A stretch of 64,000 bases of DNA from Stegostoma tigrinum (Eukaryota), in contig NC_081359.1 in the NCBI RefSeq assembly GCF_030684315.1, forward strand, positions 92,536,838-92,600,837, in the 5' to 3' direction. The translations under genes were made by a program, and so were the position numbers. Of this stretch, positions 36,333 to 49,460 are shown piece by piece. The notes under the pieces were generated by a model. It did not search any database. It had not been told where the DNA came from and was given only the letters and a program-made list of their open reading frames with translations. The stretch's first letter is position 1, and every line of letters begins with the position of its first letter.

Positions 36333-37531
36333 TAGAACATAGAACATAGAACATAGAACAGTACAGCACAGAACAGGCCCTTCAGCCCACAATGTTGTGC
36401 CGACCATTGATCCTCATGGATGCACCCTCAAATTTCTGTGACCATATGCATGTCCAGCAGTCTCTTAAATGACCCCAATGACCTTGCTTCCACAACTGCT
36501 GCTGGCAACGCATTCCATGCTCTCACAACTCTCTGCGTAAAGAACCTGCCTCTGACATCCCCTCTATACTTTCCACCAACCAGCTTAAAACTATGACCCC
36601 TCGTGCTAGCCATTTCTGCCCTGGGAAATAGTCTCTGGCTATCGACTCTATCTATGCCTCTCATTATCTTGTATACCTCAATTAGGTCCCCTCTCCTCCT
36701 CCTTTTCTCCAATGAAAAGAGACCGAGCTCAGTCAACCTCTCTTCATAAGATAAGCCCTCCAGTCCAGGCAGCATCCTGGTAAACCTCCTCTGAACCCTC
36801 TCCAAAGCATCCACATCTTTCCTATAATAGGGCGCCCAGAACTGGACGCAGTATTCCAAGTGCGGTCTAACCAAAGTTTTATAGAGCTGCAACAAGATCT
36901 CACGACTCTTAAACTCAATCCCCCTGTTAATGAAAGCCAAAACACCATATGCTTTCTTAACAACCCTGTCCACTTGGGTGGCCATTTTAAGGGATCTATG
37001 TATCTGCACACCAAGATCCCTCTGTTCCTCCACGCTGCCAAGAATCCTATCCTTAATCCTGTACTCAGCTTTCAAATTCGACCTTCCAAAATGCATCACC
37101 TCGCATTTATCCAGGTTGAACTCCATCTGCCACCTCTCAGCCCATCTCTGCATCCTGTCAATGTCCCGCTGCAGCCTACAACAGCCCTCTACACTGTCAA
37201 CGACACCTCCGACCTTTGTGTCGTCTGCAAACTTGCTGACCCATCCTTCAATTCCCTCGTCCAAGTCATTAATAAAAATTACAAACAGTAGAGGCCCAAG
37301 GACAGAGCCCTGTGGAACCCCACTCACCACTGACTTCCAGGCAGAATATTTTCCTTCTACTACCACTCGCTGTCTTCTGTTGGCCAGCCAATTCTGTATC
37401 CAAGCAGCTAAATTCCCCTGTATCCCATTCCTCCTGACCTTCTGAATGAGCCTTCCATGGGGAACCTTATCAAATGCCTTACTGAAGTCCATATACACCA
37501 CATCCACAGCTTGACCCTCATCAACCTTTCT
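36333..37531 (-). mobile_element. Young 5'-truncated CR1 LINE with an uninterrupted 359-codon RT/C-terminal frame
   Basis: YMDFSKAFDKVPH, SGVPQGSVLGPLLF, FADD and LVRPHLEYCVQFW with no stops; 3' tail of 7-mer (TAGAACA)x4 at 36333-36360. Confidence 0.95.
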
Positions 37532-37935
37532 GGAAGAAGAATTGGTTATGTCATGTAAATATACTGAAGTGTTATTATTTCAGAGAGAAAGATAAGAAAG
37601 AGCAAAAATCTCAAATTGTAAGTGTAGTAGAGAAGATCAGAGACAAGAAGAGTGAAGTAGAAGGGAGGTAGATGGTTCAGAAAGTGAACCTCCTACAATT
37701 CAACTAGCCCAAGGTAACATGCTGGGGCATTTAGACACTGTATTTTTGTCCTTAGTTTCAGAACAATGGGAAGATCTATTAAGGTTTCTTAGGAAATCTG
37801 GAGAGATTCACTATGCTTTTTAGGCATGAAGTTGGAATCAGTACTCACAAAGCAATATCATTATCAGTTAAGCCCAGATAAACAAACTCAGGTGGAAATA
37901 GAAGTGCATTACATGCTACAAAATCACCTGAACAG
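37532..37935 (+). mobile_element. Gmr1-type Gypsy relic: integrase end and start of RT
   Basis: LCHVNILKCYY.RE, then KQYHYQLSPDKQTQVEIEVHYML (RT N-terminus); integrase precedes RT. Confidence 0.7.
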
Positions 37936-40059
37936 CCCAACAAGCCAAAGCATTTGAAGTTCCCAAACCAACAATCTACAGGAGTGGATTGAACATTCTT
38001 GGCTGCTGTTTGCTGTTCTCCTCTCTGACAGTGACCCATCAACTCCAGCAGCCCTAGGCCTAGAAGGATGCACTGCTCCTATTCAGGAGACCTTTAGCAG
38101 GCTAGTGTGCTGTAAGCCTTGGACCATCAGAGGATATCTGCTTCTTAGATGATTTATGGGGGACAACTTATCTAAATATATTTCAATTACTCCGCAGTTC
38201 CCAAGCATACTGTCTGCATACTGATCTGTCTCTCTTCAAGTTAATTTATTGGTTTCTATTGGGCATCAGAATTGACCTAGAGCTCAATCAGCACTACAAA
38301 TCTGCATTCTTCTAGTGAAGATTCTCAAATTACAAAAGATGAAATAACAATAACGGTGGTTATCAGTTATGCAAACATAAAAATGGTGGAAAAAGTTCTT
38401 AAGTAGGAATATCCAATTGACAACAATTTACCACCAGTGAGTTTTCTCCCAACCAAATTCCTTAACTCCCTTCTATCTGTCCTCATTATCCTGCTAACTC
38501 TCAACTATGTGTGTTTGGAAAACTTCAATTCTTCTAAAAATAGCCTTCAAATTCAGGGACAAGGTGTGTGTGTGGTAACCTAATTATATTGCAAACCTGT
38601 TCCTGCATTCCAAACCTGATTCTCTGGTCAGCACCATTATACGTGATAAAGTTTTGGGAATGAAACCTCACTTCCAATCAGGTAGTTAAGTGGGTTCAAA
38701 ACAGAATGTGTTGTTTGCCAAATTATAGAAATGGTTAAGCCATGCTAAAATTTTTAGACTTTCTTTTAAAGAAACTGCCCAGTTCAGCTCAGATGTCTTA
38801 TTGCAGCCAGACGGCTGCCTCTATATCAGCTGGGACAGTCAGGGCTACACTGAGGCATAGTGGTAGGAAAATAAAGATTAATACATTCTAAAGACACAAG
38901 GTTATGTGTTTAATAATTGTGTAGTAGAAAACAATTTCAATAAATCTTTGAGTCTGCTTTAGGCATGTGTATTGTACTTTTGTTTGTTAATTGCTTTGAT
39001 GGTAATATGCATTCAAGCATGGTGAATTTTGTTCATTCTTTGTGAACAAGCTGTCACATGGTGACAGAAATCCACGATATAAGCCTTCTCCAGCATTACC
39101 TCTCAGACATTAGCAGATAGCTGCACTGCCTTTGATAGATTCAGTTGTGTGCAATTGCTTGCTGTCACACTCACCCCTGGTTGGCAACAAATGCTACTTT
39201 ACTGAGGTTGCTGCTGCCTCTTGTTGTTCTGGCCATTGTTGTGCCTGACCATTGGTCACCCTCTGCAAATTCTTCCTCAGCTGCACCATAGGTGAGTGCA
39301 GGGCTTATTTGACTCACCATAATGTTTGCTTGAGGTAACCTTTGAACAAATTGCTGGAACCAATCTGGACAGCATATTTCTTTGAAGTTCTTGATCTGGC
39401 CCACAACATCTTTGCCAATGTGAAGGCTTGCACTTAGCGTCAGTCAGACCCTGGCCTCTACCCACCCTGTCATGATGAAGCCCATTGTGGAGGACCACAG
39501 ACAAATTCCCCTCCAAATCATACAGCCATGTGCCTGGAGACTGAAACATTGACCTGGGAAATGGAAGTTATATCCATACACTCTGCCTGACTCACTATTA
39601 AGCTTTTTCCCATCAAGACACCCTTCCTCAGTCTTAAAAGGTGCTCTGCTCATCTCCTTATTCACCTAAATTACTTTGGTTTGGATCCATGCTCAAGTGA
39701 AAACTATAAAAAGTGAAACATTGTTGCCAAATTCCTGATTTGACAGTTATTCAGTAAATTTGGTTATTTTCATTTATGGTTCCCCGGTGGTGTTCATCAA
39801 AATGATTCACTTACATGAACTTAAGAAAAAAATTAGAGCAGACATTAACATTGGGCTCCAAACATTTAAGAACAGAGAACAAGATGTTCAAGGTGACTCA
39901 TCCAGCTGACCCACTTAAACAACCCTTTCTCTGCTGAATAGTAAATAGTCCCAAACAACCACAGCATCATCTTAAACACTGTTTGCAACTATGGAAAGTC
40001 TAAAGGACATTAAACACCATAATGCATCACTACTATTTCCCAACAGGGAATCATGTGGA

Positions 40060-40280
40060 AAGAACACTTGAATTTTCTCCTCCAGCTAAGTCATTACCCA
40101 GGAGTAAGAAAATTCTATCCATGGATAATTTCTTAACAGCTCCTACTACCATAGTTCTGGATGTCAAGCCACACTGTTATTATACTTTGTTCAACGGAAC
40201 TAGGATACGTTCTCCACTTTTCCTGTTCATTGACATTTTTTGACTTTCATTGCACTCTCGGGAGGAAAATCTGTGGTCAG
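40060..40280 (-). mobile_element. Gmr1-type Gypsy relic: protease C-terminus
   Basis: Minus strand FPPES...VPLNKV...VVGAVKKLSMDRIFLLLGNDLAGG (GNDLAGG motif within 40078-40110). Confidence 0.7.
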
Positions 40281-41759
40281 AATCTTCCAAAGTCCTGAAC
40301 AACATTGGTTATCATGAGAAACGTGGGAGAATTGGGTAATATGATGACTGAGGCCTTTCTTAACCAATGAACATCAATGGATAGGGGAGTGATATTAGGG
40401 GATACTGCTGTGTTTGGGAACCGGGAAAAATCAATGCTAGGGATTGGAAACGTGAACCCTATTTGCCGAAGGGACAAAGGGTGGTGAAAGTGGGAAATTC
40501 AACATACCAGGAATGGGGGTCGGTAGTGAAGGGGAGGACATGTGCTATTGTGGGAGGGGGTTGTTTTACAGGTAGTCATCACTCCCGTGGCCTTGGTGCG
40601 GAAATGTGCGTCATGATGGTGGGCAGAACCAAACTGTATGGATGGGTTCAGGAGGTGACAATTAGAGTTGTAGATGTAACTCTAGGTGGTGGGTAGGAAC
40701 ATCTGGGGGATCAGTAGTGGTGGGCTCAGGGAGTATCAGGTAGAAAGGCTCTGGGAGGGGTGGAGGGTGGGTGATTAGCTGATGACCAAGCTGACCCTAA
40801 GACATATTGCGCCTAGCACGATCTGCATTACCTTGTATGATCTCTCAATTCCCATATATGACCATACCCAGAATTAGTGCTATTTTTATAGGCCAGAACA
40901 GAGGCTTCATTTGAGAGTGACAGGAACCCCCTCAGAGGGTTTCCTGTCACTCACGTATATGAATCATGCAATTGCAGAGTACAAGTTGAAGTCATTTGCA
41001 ATCATATCATCATGCACGTGAAATGAATGCAGTGTACCACTGTTTGGAGTGCAAATGCTGGTCACAAGCAATCTTGACCATGTCACTGATCCTTACAGAT
41101 TAAAAATTGACAATTCTGTAAATTAGAAATAATCCTAGATGACTTTAAGAGAGGCATCTGCGGGCATGAACTGATTCACTCTCAAACTTGGATTTGTGAG
41201 TATAATGTAAGATATTCTTACAAGCAATGATTCTTTTTGTGGGTGAAGGGCTGAAAGGAGAAAGGTTCAGTACTCACACAGAACTTGCAATGTCCTAATG
41301 CACCTTTGCAATATGATTGGTGGTGCTGTCTGCTGAATAAGAAACAATGTCAAAGTTCCACATTGAGTCATTCCATGATCCTACTTTCTGGAATGCTCTA
41401 CATCCCACTGTATGGAGCAGTAGGCAAAGCCACCAGTTGTGAGTGATGCGAATACTGACATTACCAAGCACCTGTTCTATTTCTTATGTTCCCCACACAG
41501 ATTCATTGCAATCGTGCCTGATGGATCCAGACACAGCAGATGTTATCGTTACAGAGAAACGGATGAGGAACAGACGTAGTAGCAAGCAGCCTGCAGCATA
41601 TGGCAAGCACCTAGACATGAAGAGGTCACAGCTGGAGGTTCCCTCAGAGTGCGCAGGAGATGCAGGAGGGCCAGTGCAGGGACAAAGAGCTGAGTGGCCT
41701 ACTACTTTCCTTGTTCACGTGTCTGTATACGTTTACAGTGTCATAATCCATAGAAACCG

Positions 41760-42200
41760 CTTCTGATTGCAATGACTGAATTTCATGTGCAGTATTTGCT
41801 AACTGGTTCTGTATGGGTAATGTCCAGTTTTCCTTCAGTCACTTCATTTATTTTGCTACTTTTTCAAATGAGAAAGAAAGCTTCCACATTACTTTTCACA
41901 AATTTTGGTAGGGTCTGTTCAAATTTCAACATTTCCTTACTGGACTTTAGATTACATCAAAAATCTTCCTTATGACAGCCTTCTTTGAAATCTTTTTTAA
42001 CTGCTTCTGTTTAAGTTGGTATCTGACATCTTTATTCCTTTATTTTCTCCTTATCTCTCAGCTAAATCACTACTTCCTTCCTCTTAAATTCTCTTTCTTG
42101 TGCCTTTTGCCCTCTGTGAAATGCTTGTTCCATTTCTTCCTCTTTTTATTCAGTTTATCCAGTCTATCCAGTTCCAGTCCATTTTCAAAGTGCTTCACAG
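41760..42200 (-). mobile_element. Gmr1-type Gypsy relic: gag
   Basis: Minus strand K/E-rich stretch, then LPKFVKSNVEAFF.SFEKVAK*MK*LKENWTLPIQ. Confidence 0.7.
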
Positions 42201-43904
42201 AGAGACACAGAATAAGCCTATGACCTTTCACCAGGCTTTGAAGCTTTAATTCTGATCTTCTAATTATTTCCAGTATTTTCTTATTTTATTTCAGTTTCTG
42301 AAACACAAGGAGAGAGGCGCAGAAGGTGATACTGATTACGTAATGAAGACAAGTGGACTGCGTAGACTAAATGGCTTACTATGCAGTCCATGTTACTATA
42401 CGTAACCATCTCCTGCTTATTTCTGGCCAAATGCACCAAAGTTAATTTTATGCACATGCAATGCTCACTGTCTTTCGCTTTACATGTGGTGTCATGTGCC
42501 AGAAATATCAGAGGTTAGGTGAAAGCCACAGAACAAATTATTCTTTTCATTGGCTGAGTATGCTATGTGCATCAGACTTTTACAGAATGCTTCAGTTAAT
42601 GATAAACCATTAAATGGTCAGAAAGAGAGAGCAGCCAGGATATGGCAAAAGTAATTTTCCCCTTAGCAAGGTTAATCACAAAAGGTTATTTCTGTATCCA
42701 TGGAATCCAAACAAACCTTATTAAGGAACACAGACTGCTACCAGTACAGACATTATCATTTTGCAGACGTAAGAGCTCATCCAGTAAAAGAAACATTACT
42801 CCCTCTGAATTAGAATTAAAATTAATAACATAAGTCTGATGTCAAAATTGTTTAAGAAAGAGGAATGACATTTCAATGTCTTCCAAAGAAAAAAAAGCAT
42901 GGCCCCAAGGTGAGTGAGCATGTTCCATGTAATTTATGAGGATTAAATTGAAGACTGGAATGGCGACAAGTCTCCAGCAATGTCTGAGATTAACACAAGC
43001 TGCTGAGTGCTATAACTGAGAAAGCTGAAAATCTTGTTATTACCTTGTGCAGATATAGTTCATCGTATGGCTTTTATCTAACAGTCAAGGTTAGAAAGTA
43101 GACTGATTAAATAGCAACATTGATAAAATAAGTTATATGGACACAGGCAGTTCTTTCACAATCAAATTTATTTCTCATATTTAGTTAGCCTGAGAAGATG
43201 ACTCACAATCTTCTATGTCTTTTTTTTAAACAATTGAGTGGTTTCCTAGGTTACTTCAGCAAACATTAAGATTCAAGAAAAGTATAGGATTAGTGTTACA
43301 GAAACTGGATCAGGTAGAAATAGTAGATCTTTTCCCCCCTCAGTGAATATTAGAAAAAAAATGTGTGTCTTAAGACCATATGAATTTTATGGTAATTTTA
43401 CTGATGTTAGCAAATGGTTTTTCCATCTGTTTTGTGCAACTTGTAACAGTCCAAATTACTCTCTTAATACAAATACACCAAGCAATGTTTTTGAAATGAC
43501 ATCTGTGGAATTTTAGTTTAATTTTGATGGGACTGCAAGATTCTCCAGTAAATGGATTATCCTTATTAATAAAAAATTAAAAATGCAAGTCACAGCTAGG
43601 AATTTACCACATATCTCCTGATAATAGGGTTGAAGAAATATAGATATATAAACACATTAGAGAAATATGTTGTAAAACAAATTGAAGGATTTTAATATTC
43701 ATAGGTACAGGCAAAGGATGGTTCAAGATGTTATGAAAATTAAGTTTTAGAAGCACATTAGGTATGTTAGTATTTAATTTCTTAAGTGAGCTATGTTTAA
43801 TACATTGTTAATTTTTTTTGCATTGTTTTGTTGTGATTTATTTAAAATAAATTATTTATCAGTGCTTTACATTAGACAATAATTTAACAAGCACAAAAAA
43901 AGAA

Positions 43905-44020
43905 GGGGCTCTTGTGGTGCAGTGATAGTGTGGACCCCTGGACTGAGAAACCTGGGTTCAAGTCCCACCTGTTCCAGACGTATGGAAAAAAAATCTCTGA
44001 ACAGGTTGATTAGAAAAATA
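43905..44020 (+). mobile_element. tRNA-derived SINE head
   Basis: ggggctcttgtggtgcagtgatag (A-box-like) and gggttcaagtccc (B-box). Confidence 0.6.
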
Positions 44021-44169
44021 GGTTAAAATAAAAGAAAGTGCAAAAATCAGCATTTTAAATGTGGTGCACAGATAAAAATAAATACAACTGAGTGGATTTA
44101 TGAAATACTTAATTAGAACTGCTAAAATTTTCCACTACAGTAGATGTAGAAAGGAGGAGGAAAATACTT

Positions 44170-44590
44170 CTATTTATATTGCAACTTATATGATGTCTTA
44201 AAGCGCTTTAAAGCTAATAAAGAACTTCAGAATTATAGTCACTATTGTTATGTAGCAAACAGCTGTCAATTTATGCACAGCAACTCTCACAAGCAGCAAT
44301 TTGATAATCACTAAACAGTCATTTTTTTATAACATCCAATGAAAGATAAATATTGACCAAGAAATCAGGAATACCATTACTGCTGTTTTGTAAAATAGTC
44401 CAAAGGAATCTTCCACATTTAAATAAGAAAGCAGGTAGTGCTTTAGTTTACCATCTCACCTGAAAGGTGGCATCTATTTATGGTGCTGCATTAGAATATT
44501 AACCTAGAATTTTGTCTTCGGGACTCAAGTGTGGGACTAGAAGTCAGAGCACTCTTGACTCAGAGACAAGATTACCACCAACTGCTGCAA
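44170..44590 (-). mobile_element. Deu-domain SINE (SacSINE1/AmnSINE1-like), near full length
   Basis: Minus strand head ctgagtcaagagtgctctgacttctagtcccac, Deu-like tgccacctttcaggtgagatggtaaac, and an L2-like tail taaagcgctttaagacatc. Confidence 0.65.
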
Positions 44591-46008
44591 TATCACCAAA
44601 ATGAGGATTGGAATAGTTGGGTAGTTGTTTTTGACTGGTGCAGACTCAAATGGGCTGAAGGGCCTTTTTCTGTGCTGTAGACTTCTATGATTCTATGACG
44701 CTGTTTCCTAAGGCTACACTAGTACTGTTTAAATGAGGAGTTGAATACTTACATAACAGCCTGTTTTGAAACTATTCTTTTACAACTTGCTGACTGAAGC
44801 TTAACAATGATATTGTTTGCTTGATATTCAGAACTACACAAAAACTGTGGATATGCCTATGTTACGCATAAGCAATTATTTTATGACATATGCCAGGTTT
44901 TGATCATTGCTATCTGCAGTAAGCACTTTTGAATGACTAAGCTATAAACATGCAGTAATTAGACCAGAATTACCAATCCTTCATTTAGACTGCAAGGAAC
45001 ATAGTAACTGCTAGTGGATTCTATGAAAACCAAAATCAATGATGTAAAACCATCTGATCATTCTGGTGGCATTTATGGAGGCAGAATAAAGTACATGTAA
45101 ATGTGAATTATTGTAACATTAACATCTTATTTTTAGGTTCAGGTAATGGATAGGAATTGATTGCATTTCCTTTAGGTTTTATGGAATTATGCAAGATCCT
45201 CTTTCAGAAGTGTACTCAATGAGCTAATTTAATTCCATGCTGGATGCTTGCCACAATGAAGAATATCAGAGAGGGGACTTTGGCACCACCAGAATAGGTA
45301 TAGATCAAATGGCTGCAAAGTAAAGCTGCCTTTAGTCTGCCTCAACAATATGGTTTATGACAGCCTTTCTAAAACAAATCACACAACAATAATCCTTATG
45401 GACAGCGATAACCAGATTGTCAATTAATAGAAGTTATAGTGTAACAAAGAAGCAAGGATATATCCTTTCATTTTATATTATACATTAAATTTTGTGAGAT
45501 TTGATTACAAAGTTAAGATGCTAGTGCAAAACTCAGAATCTTTAGGCTGTCTAAGTAATTGGTAAATCTTTAATAAAAACAAAGAACTGTGGATGCTGAA
45601 GATCTGAAACAATAACAGAAATTGCTGGTGAAATTCAACAGATCTGGCAGCATCTGTGAGGAGAAAGCAAAGTTAACATTTTGAGTCGGGTAACTTTTCA
45701 GAATGGTAATTCTTGTCGTTTTCTCAACGTATGACTGGATTTACACACACTTAGCATTAAGACCACATTGACCTAAAATGTGAGACCAATTTAAAATATT
45801 GGTATTAGGCACTAAACAGATTATGCTTAAAATTAATTTTAAAATCCTTGCTATGAATTAGGAAAATCATTACTGGTATTTAATGTTTTACACTCGAACA
45901 GGCAGCAAATCAGCAGATTGTTTTTATATTTCAAAGGTCTAACCCATTTATTACGAATTTGCATAATTTATTTAATCCTTTTGGAAGCTAACAGGTTTGA
46001 ATATCGTA

Positions 46009-46106
46009 GAGGAGATAATGGATTCTCCAGCATCTGCAGTTCCCCAGATAAGACAGTGTGAAGCTGGATGAACTCAGCAGGCCAAGCAGCATCTCAGGAG
46101 CACAAA
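46009..46106. mobile_element. Rearranged PLE family A fragment with 16-bp TSD
   Basis: TSD aggttt(g/a)aatatcgta at 45993-46008 and 46107-46122; internal segment inverted. Confidence 0.75.
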
Positions 46107-47242
46107 AGGTTTAAATATCGTAATTTGTTATGGCTAACAGTTAACAAGTAAAGAACAGATAGCATGAAGAATATCATATATACGATTACTCCGCTGCTCC
46201 GGAGGTATTTCTCATTGTTACTGCAATTGAAGAAACTATGATTGAGGTATATGCGAACCACAGGCACGAAACAAGAAGATTCCAGATTTTCATTGCATTG
46301 TTTGCTGTAATATTAATCTGGTAAGATTCTTTCTGCTAAAAGGTACCCTCATAAAAGATTCGCTCCATATAACAGAGTTCAAATGGATAAAACAAATCCC
46401 AAGACTGAATGCAGTTTTTAGCGGTGTTCATTGTTTGGATAGGTGTTCAGCGTATATATTTCATGTAAATTGATGCTTTTGTCTCATCAACAGAAATCGT
46501 GTCATTATGAAGAGTCTAATAGAAGAAGCTGAGAGAGTCATAGATTCGTCTCAACACATATTTTAGCTGTAAGTATTTAAAAATACAACTAATATCACAT
46601 AATATTTTACATTTTGTTTCTGTCTTTCACTTAATTGTAAGTAACCTGGTGAGTAATTTACTAGATATAATGGGTTTAGCTGTGACACCTTAGTACGCTA
46701 GGTGGCAGTCAATTACACGCATTGATAATTGTGAAGCCGTTATACGTTCAATTGGAAGGAATTTTTTTTGTGAGGTTATAGTCAAACCCCAAGTTAAATT
46801 TCCCCATTCTCAGATTGCCACAATACATCTATGTTGCTGACTTCCATTATTATTTTAACATTACATCACATATTTACCCGTGATTATGAAAAGGGATTAT
46901 ATCAATGAACACTTCGAGAAGTATGTAAATCGAGAGCACATTTTCAAGAAGGTTGAGCTCAACTAATTCAATGACATTTTTCAAGAAGTTACCAATACAT
47001 ATACAAAGAATAGACAAAATTTGTGGTCTTGAAGAAATTGTGCAACAGACAATCTCAAATAAGAAATTTGTCACCAAGTTAAGGCATATAGGTATTGCTG
47101 GAAAAGACATTTGTCAACTTTTCAACTTGCATTCATCAGAATAATTCACAAAAGTACCAATGTAAACAATAATTTAATGCTATATGAGAAGATTGTGCTA
47201 AATAGAAGGACATTGTGTGGAAAGAACATTTACGCCAACTGT

Positions 47243-47456
47243 GATAACAGTGTGGAGCTGGATGAACACAGCAGGCCAAGCAGCATCTTAGGAGCACAAA
47301 AGCTGACATTTCGGGCCTAGACCCTTCATCTGATGGAGGGTCTAGGCCCAAAACGTCAGCTTTTGTGCTCCTAAGATGCTGCTTGGCCTGCTGTGTTCAT
47401 CCAGCTCCACACTTTGTTATCTTGGATTCTCCAGCATCTGCAGTTCCCATTATCTC
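47243..47456. mobile_element. Fold-back PLE family A element
   Basis: About 85-bp near-perfect inverted arms centred near 47330. Confidence 0.88.
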
Positions 47457-47949
47457 ATGTACACTAACTGTGCCTATTTCATTAAGCAATGTAGATAACA
47501 GCCATTCTCTGCTTCATTCCCCAAGGCAGTGTCTGTTGTCAGCTTGCCTTGTTTAAATTGAGAGAAAGTTCGGTGGTTAACCAACATAACATCTAACTGG
47601 CAAAGTTTCCAATGGCAGTGCCTCCACCAATATGTTTTCTTGTTAACCATTTAGTATCCTCTTCCTACACAAGAAGTGATACTCAAATTCTGTACTACCA
47701 AATATTTTCTTTAATTCATTCATGGGCATCAATGGCCGTTCCTAGTTGCTGATCAGAATGTGGTGGTGGGCTGCTGCCTTGAGCTTTGTGGTCTATGTCG
47801 TACAGGTACAACTACAATGCTACAACAAATGCAATTAGGGAGGAAATTTCAATATTTTGACCCAGTGAAACTGAAGAAACAGCAATATATTTCCAACTCA
47901 GGATGGTGAGAGACTTGGTGGGCAGCTTGTTATTTACATGAAGGAATAT

Positions 47950-49460
47950 AACAAATACAAGGAGGAGTAGGCCTGTTGAGCCTGATCCACCATTCAGACA
48001 GATCTTGACTGATATTTAGAGATAACACAGTGTGGAGCTGGAGGAACACAGCAGGCCAGACAGCATCAGAGGAGCAGGAAAGTTGATGTTTCAGGTCAGG
48101 TCCCTTCTTCAGTTCTTTCTTTGACTAATAAATACTTCTGCACCATTTTATCCCATGCTCGTATATGCCTTAATGTCATTAGTATCCAGAAATCTACTAA
48201 TTTCTGCCTTAAACATGCTCAATGACAGAGCTTCTAGCCTTCTTGGGTAGAGAATTCATAAGATTCATTAGTTTCAGAGGAGAAATTCCTCTTCATCCCA
48301 GTCTTAAATGGTTTACCCCTTATTCTGAGATTATGGCCCTAGTTCTAGACTCACCAAGGGAACATCCTATCCACCACTATTCTATCACGCCTTGTCGGAG
48401 TTTTATAAGTTTCAATGATATCACCTCTCATTCTTCAAAATTATGGAGGATGCAGATACAGTTTCTTTAATTTCTCTTCATTATAAAATCCCACCATTCT
48501 TGTGATTAGTTTGGTGACCACTTGTTACACTGCCTCTATGGCAAATACATCACTCCTCAGTTCAGGTTTCCAAAACTGTAGACAATAAGCCAGAAACAAA
48601 ATCAGAAATTACTGAAAAAAAGCTCAGCAGGTCTGGCAGCATTTGGGGAGAGAAAGCAGCGTTAACATTTCGGGTCCATTGACCCTTAGAGCTGGAAAAA
48701 GGTTGGTATATATGCTGAAAATGTGCTGGGAGAGTGGGGGAGATTGGGATGGGGGGTAGAATGATAGGTGGAGATGGAGCCCAGAGAGATAAACAGTTGA
48801 GCAGGAAAAATAATGGGTAAAGGTCAGCCCAGGAGAATGAAAAGTTTTGAATGCATTATTGAGTCCTGAAGGCTGCAGGTACCAAGCAGAAAATGAAGTG
48901 TTGTTCTTCCGGCTTGTACTGAGATTTGTTGGAGCACTGTAGCAAGCCCGAAACAGAGATGATGGCCGGGGAACATGGTGGTGTGTTGAAATGGCAGGCA
49001 ACAGGAAGCTCAGGATCATTTTTGTGGACAGAACATAAGTGTGCTGCAGAGCAATTGCCCAGTCTGCCAGGTGTGTTCTCACCAGGCAACTTGGAGCAAG
49101 ATATCTTTATTTCTATATGCAAATCTTATTGCAATGTAGGCCAACATACTATTCCTAATTTCTTCCTAATTGCTTACTGGACCTGCATGCTAGCTTATAC
49201 ACACTTATGAACAAGAATACTCAGGTTCCTCTGCTCATCAACATTTCAAACCTGCATCCACTCATATTCCCACTAGTTTTGTGTCATCTCCATTTTTGGA
49301 AACATCACATGTGGTCTGCACATCCAAATCATTTATATACATTGTGAACAGCTGTGGTCCAGGAACTGAGCCTTGTTTACCCCACTAGTAATAGCTTACC
49401 ATACTGAGAATAACCCATAACTCTTTTTTCTGTCTGTTCACTAACTCTTAATGCACAGTA
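47950..49460 (-). mobile_element. Degraded CR1 LINE with nested PLE pieces (48018-48112 family A; 48592-49085 family B 3' end)
   Basis: CR1 tail and ORF2 remnants; the insert translates ELPVACHFNTPP..SVSGLLQC..EEQHFIFCL (PLE endonuclease C-terminus). Confidence 0.75.

Noticed and set aside
38950-39700. Short ORFs around 39.2-39.7 kb
   Set aside because: I could not assign any protein family or splice structure; probably old repeat sequence, left uncalled.
41760-42230. K/E-rich minus-strand stretch as a coiled-coil exon of TSGA10 or a similar LIPT1 neighbour
   Set aside because: It contains stops and frameshifts and continues into Gypsy gag motifs (LPKF..VEAFF.SFEKVA..ENWTL).
43044-45140. 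Possible micro-exons (about 34 nt on the minus strand near 43044-43077; ag-GTTCAG-gt near 45137)
   Set aside because: Only splice-like dinucleotides, with no recognisable protein or partner exons; expected by chance in AT-rich DNA.
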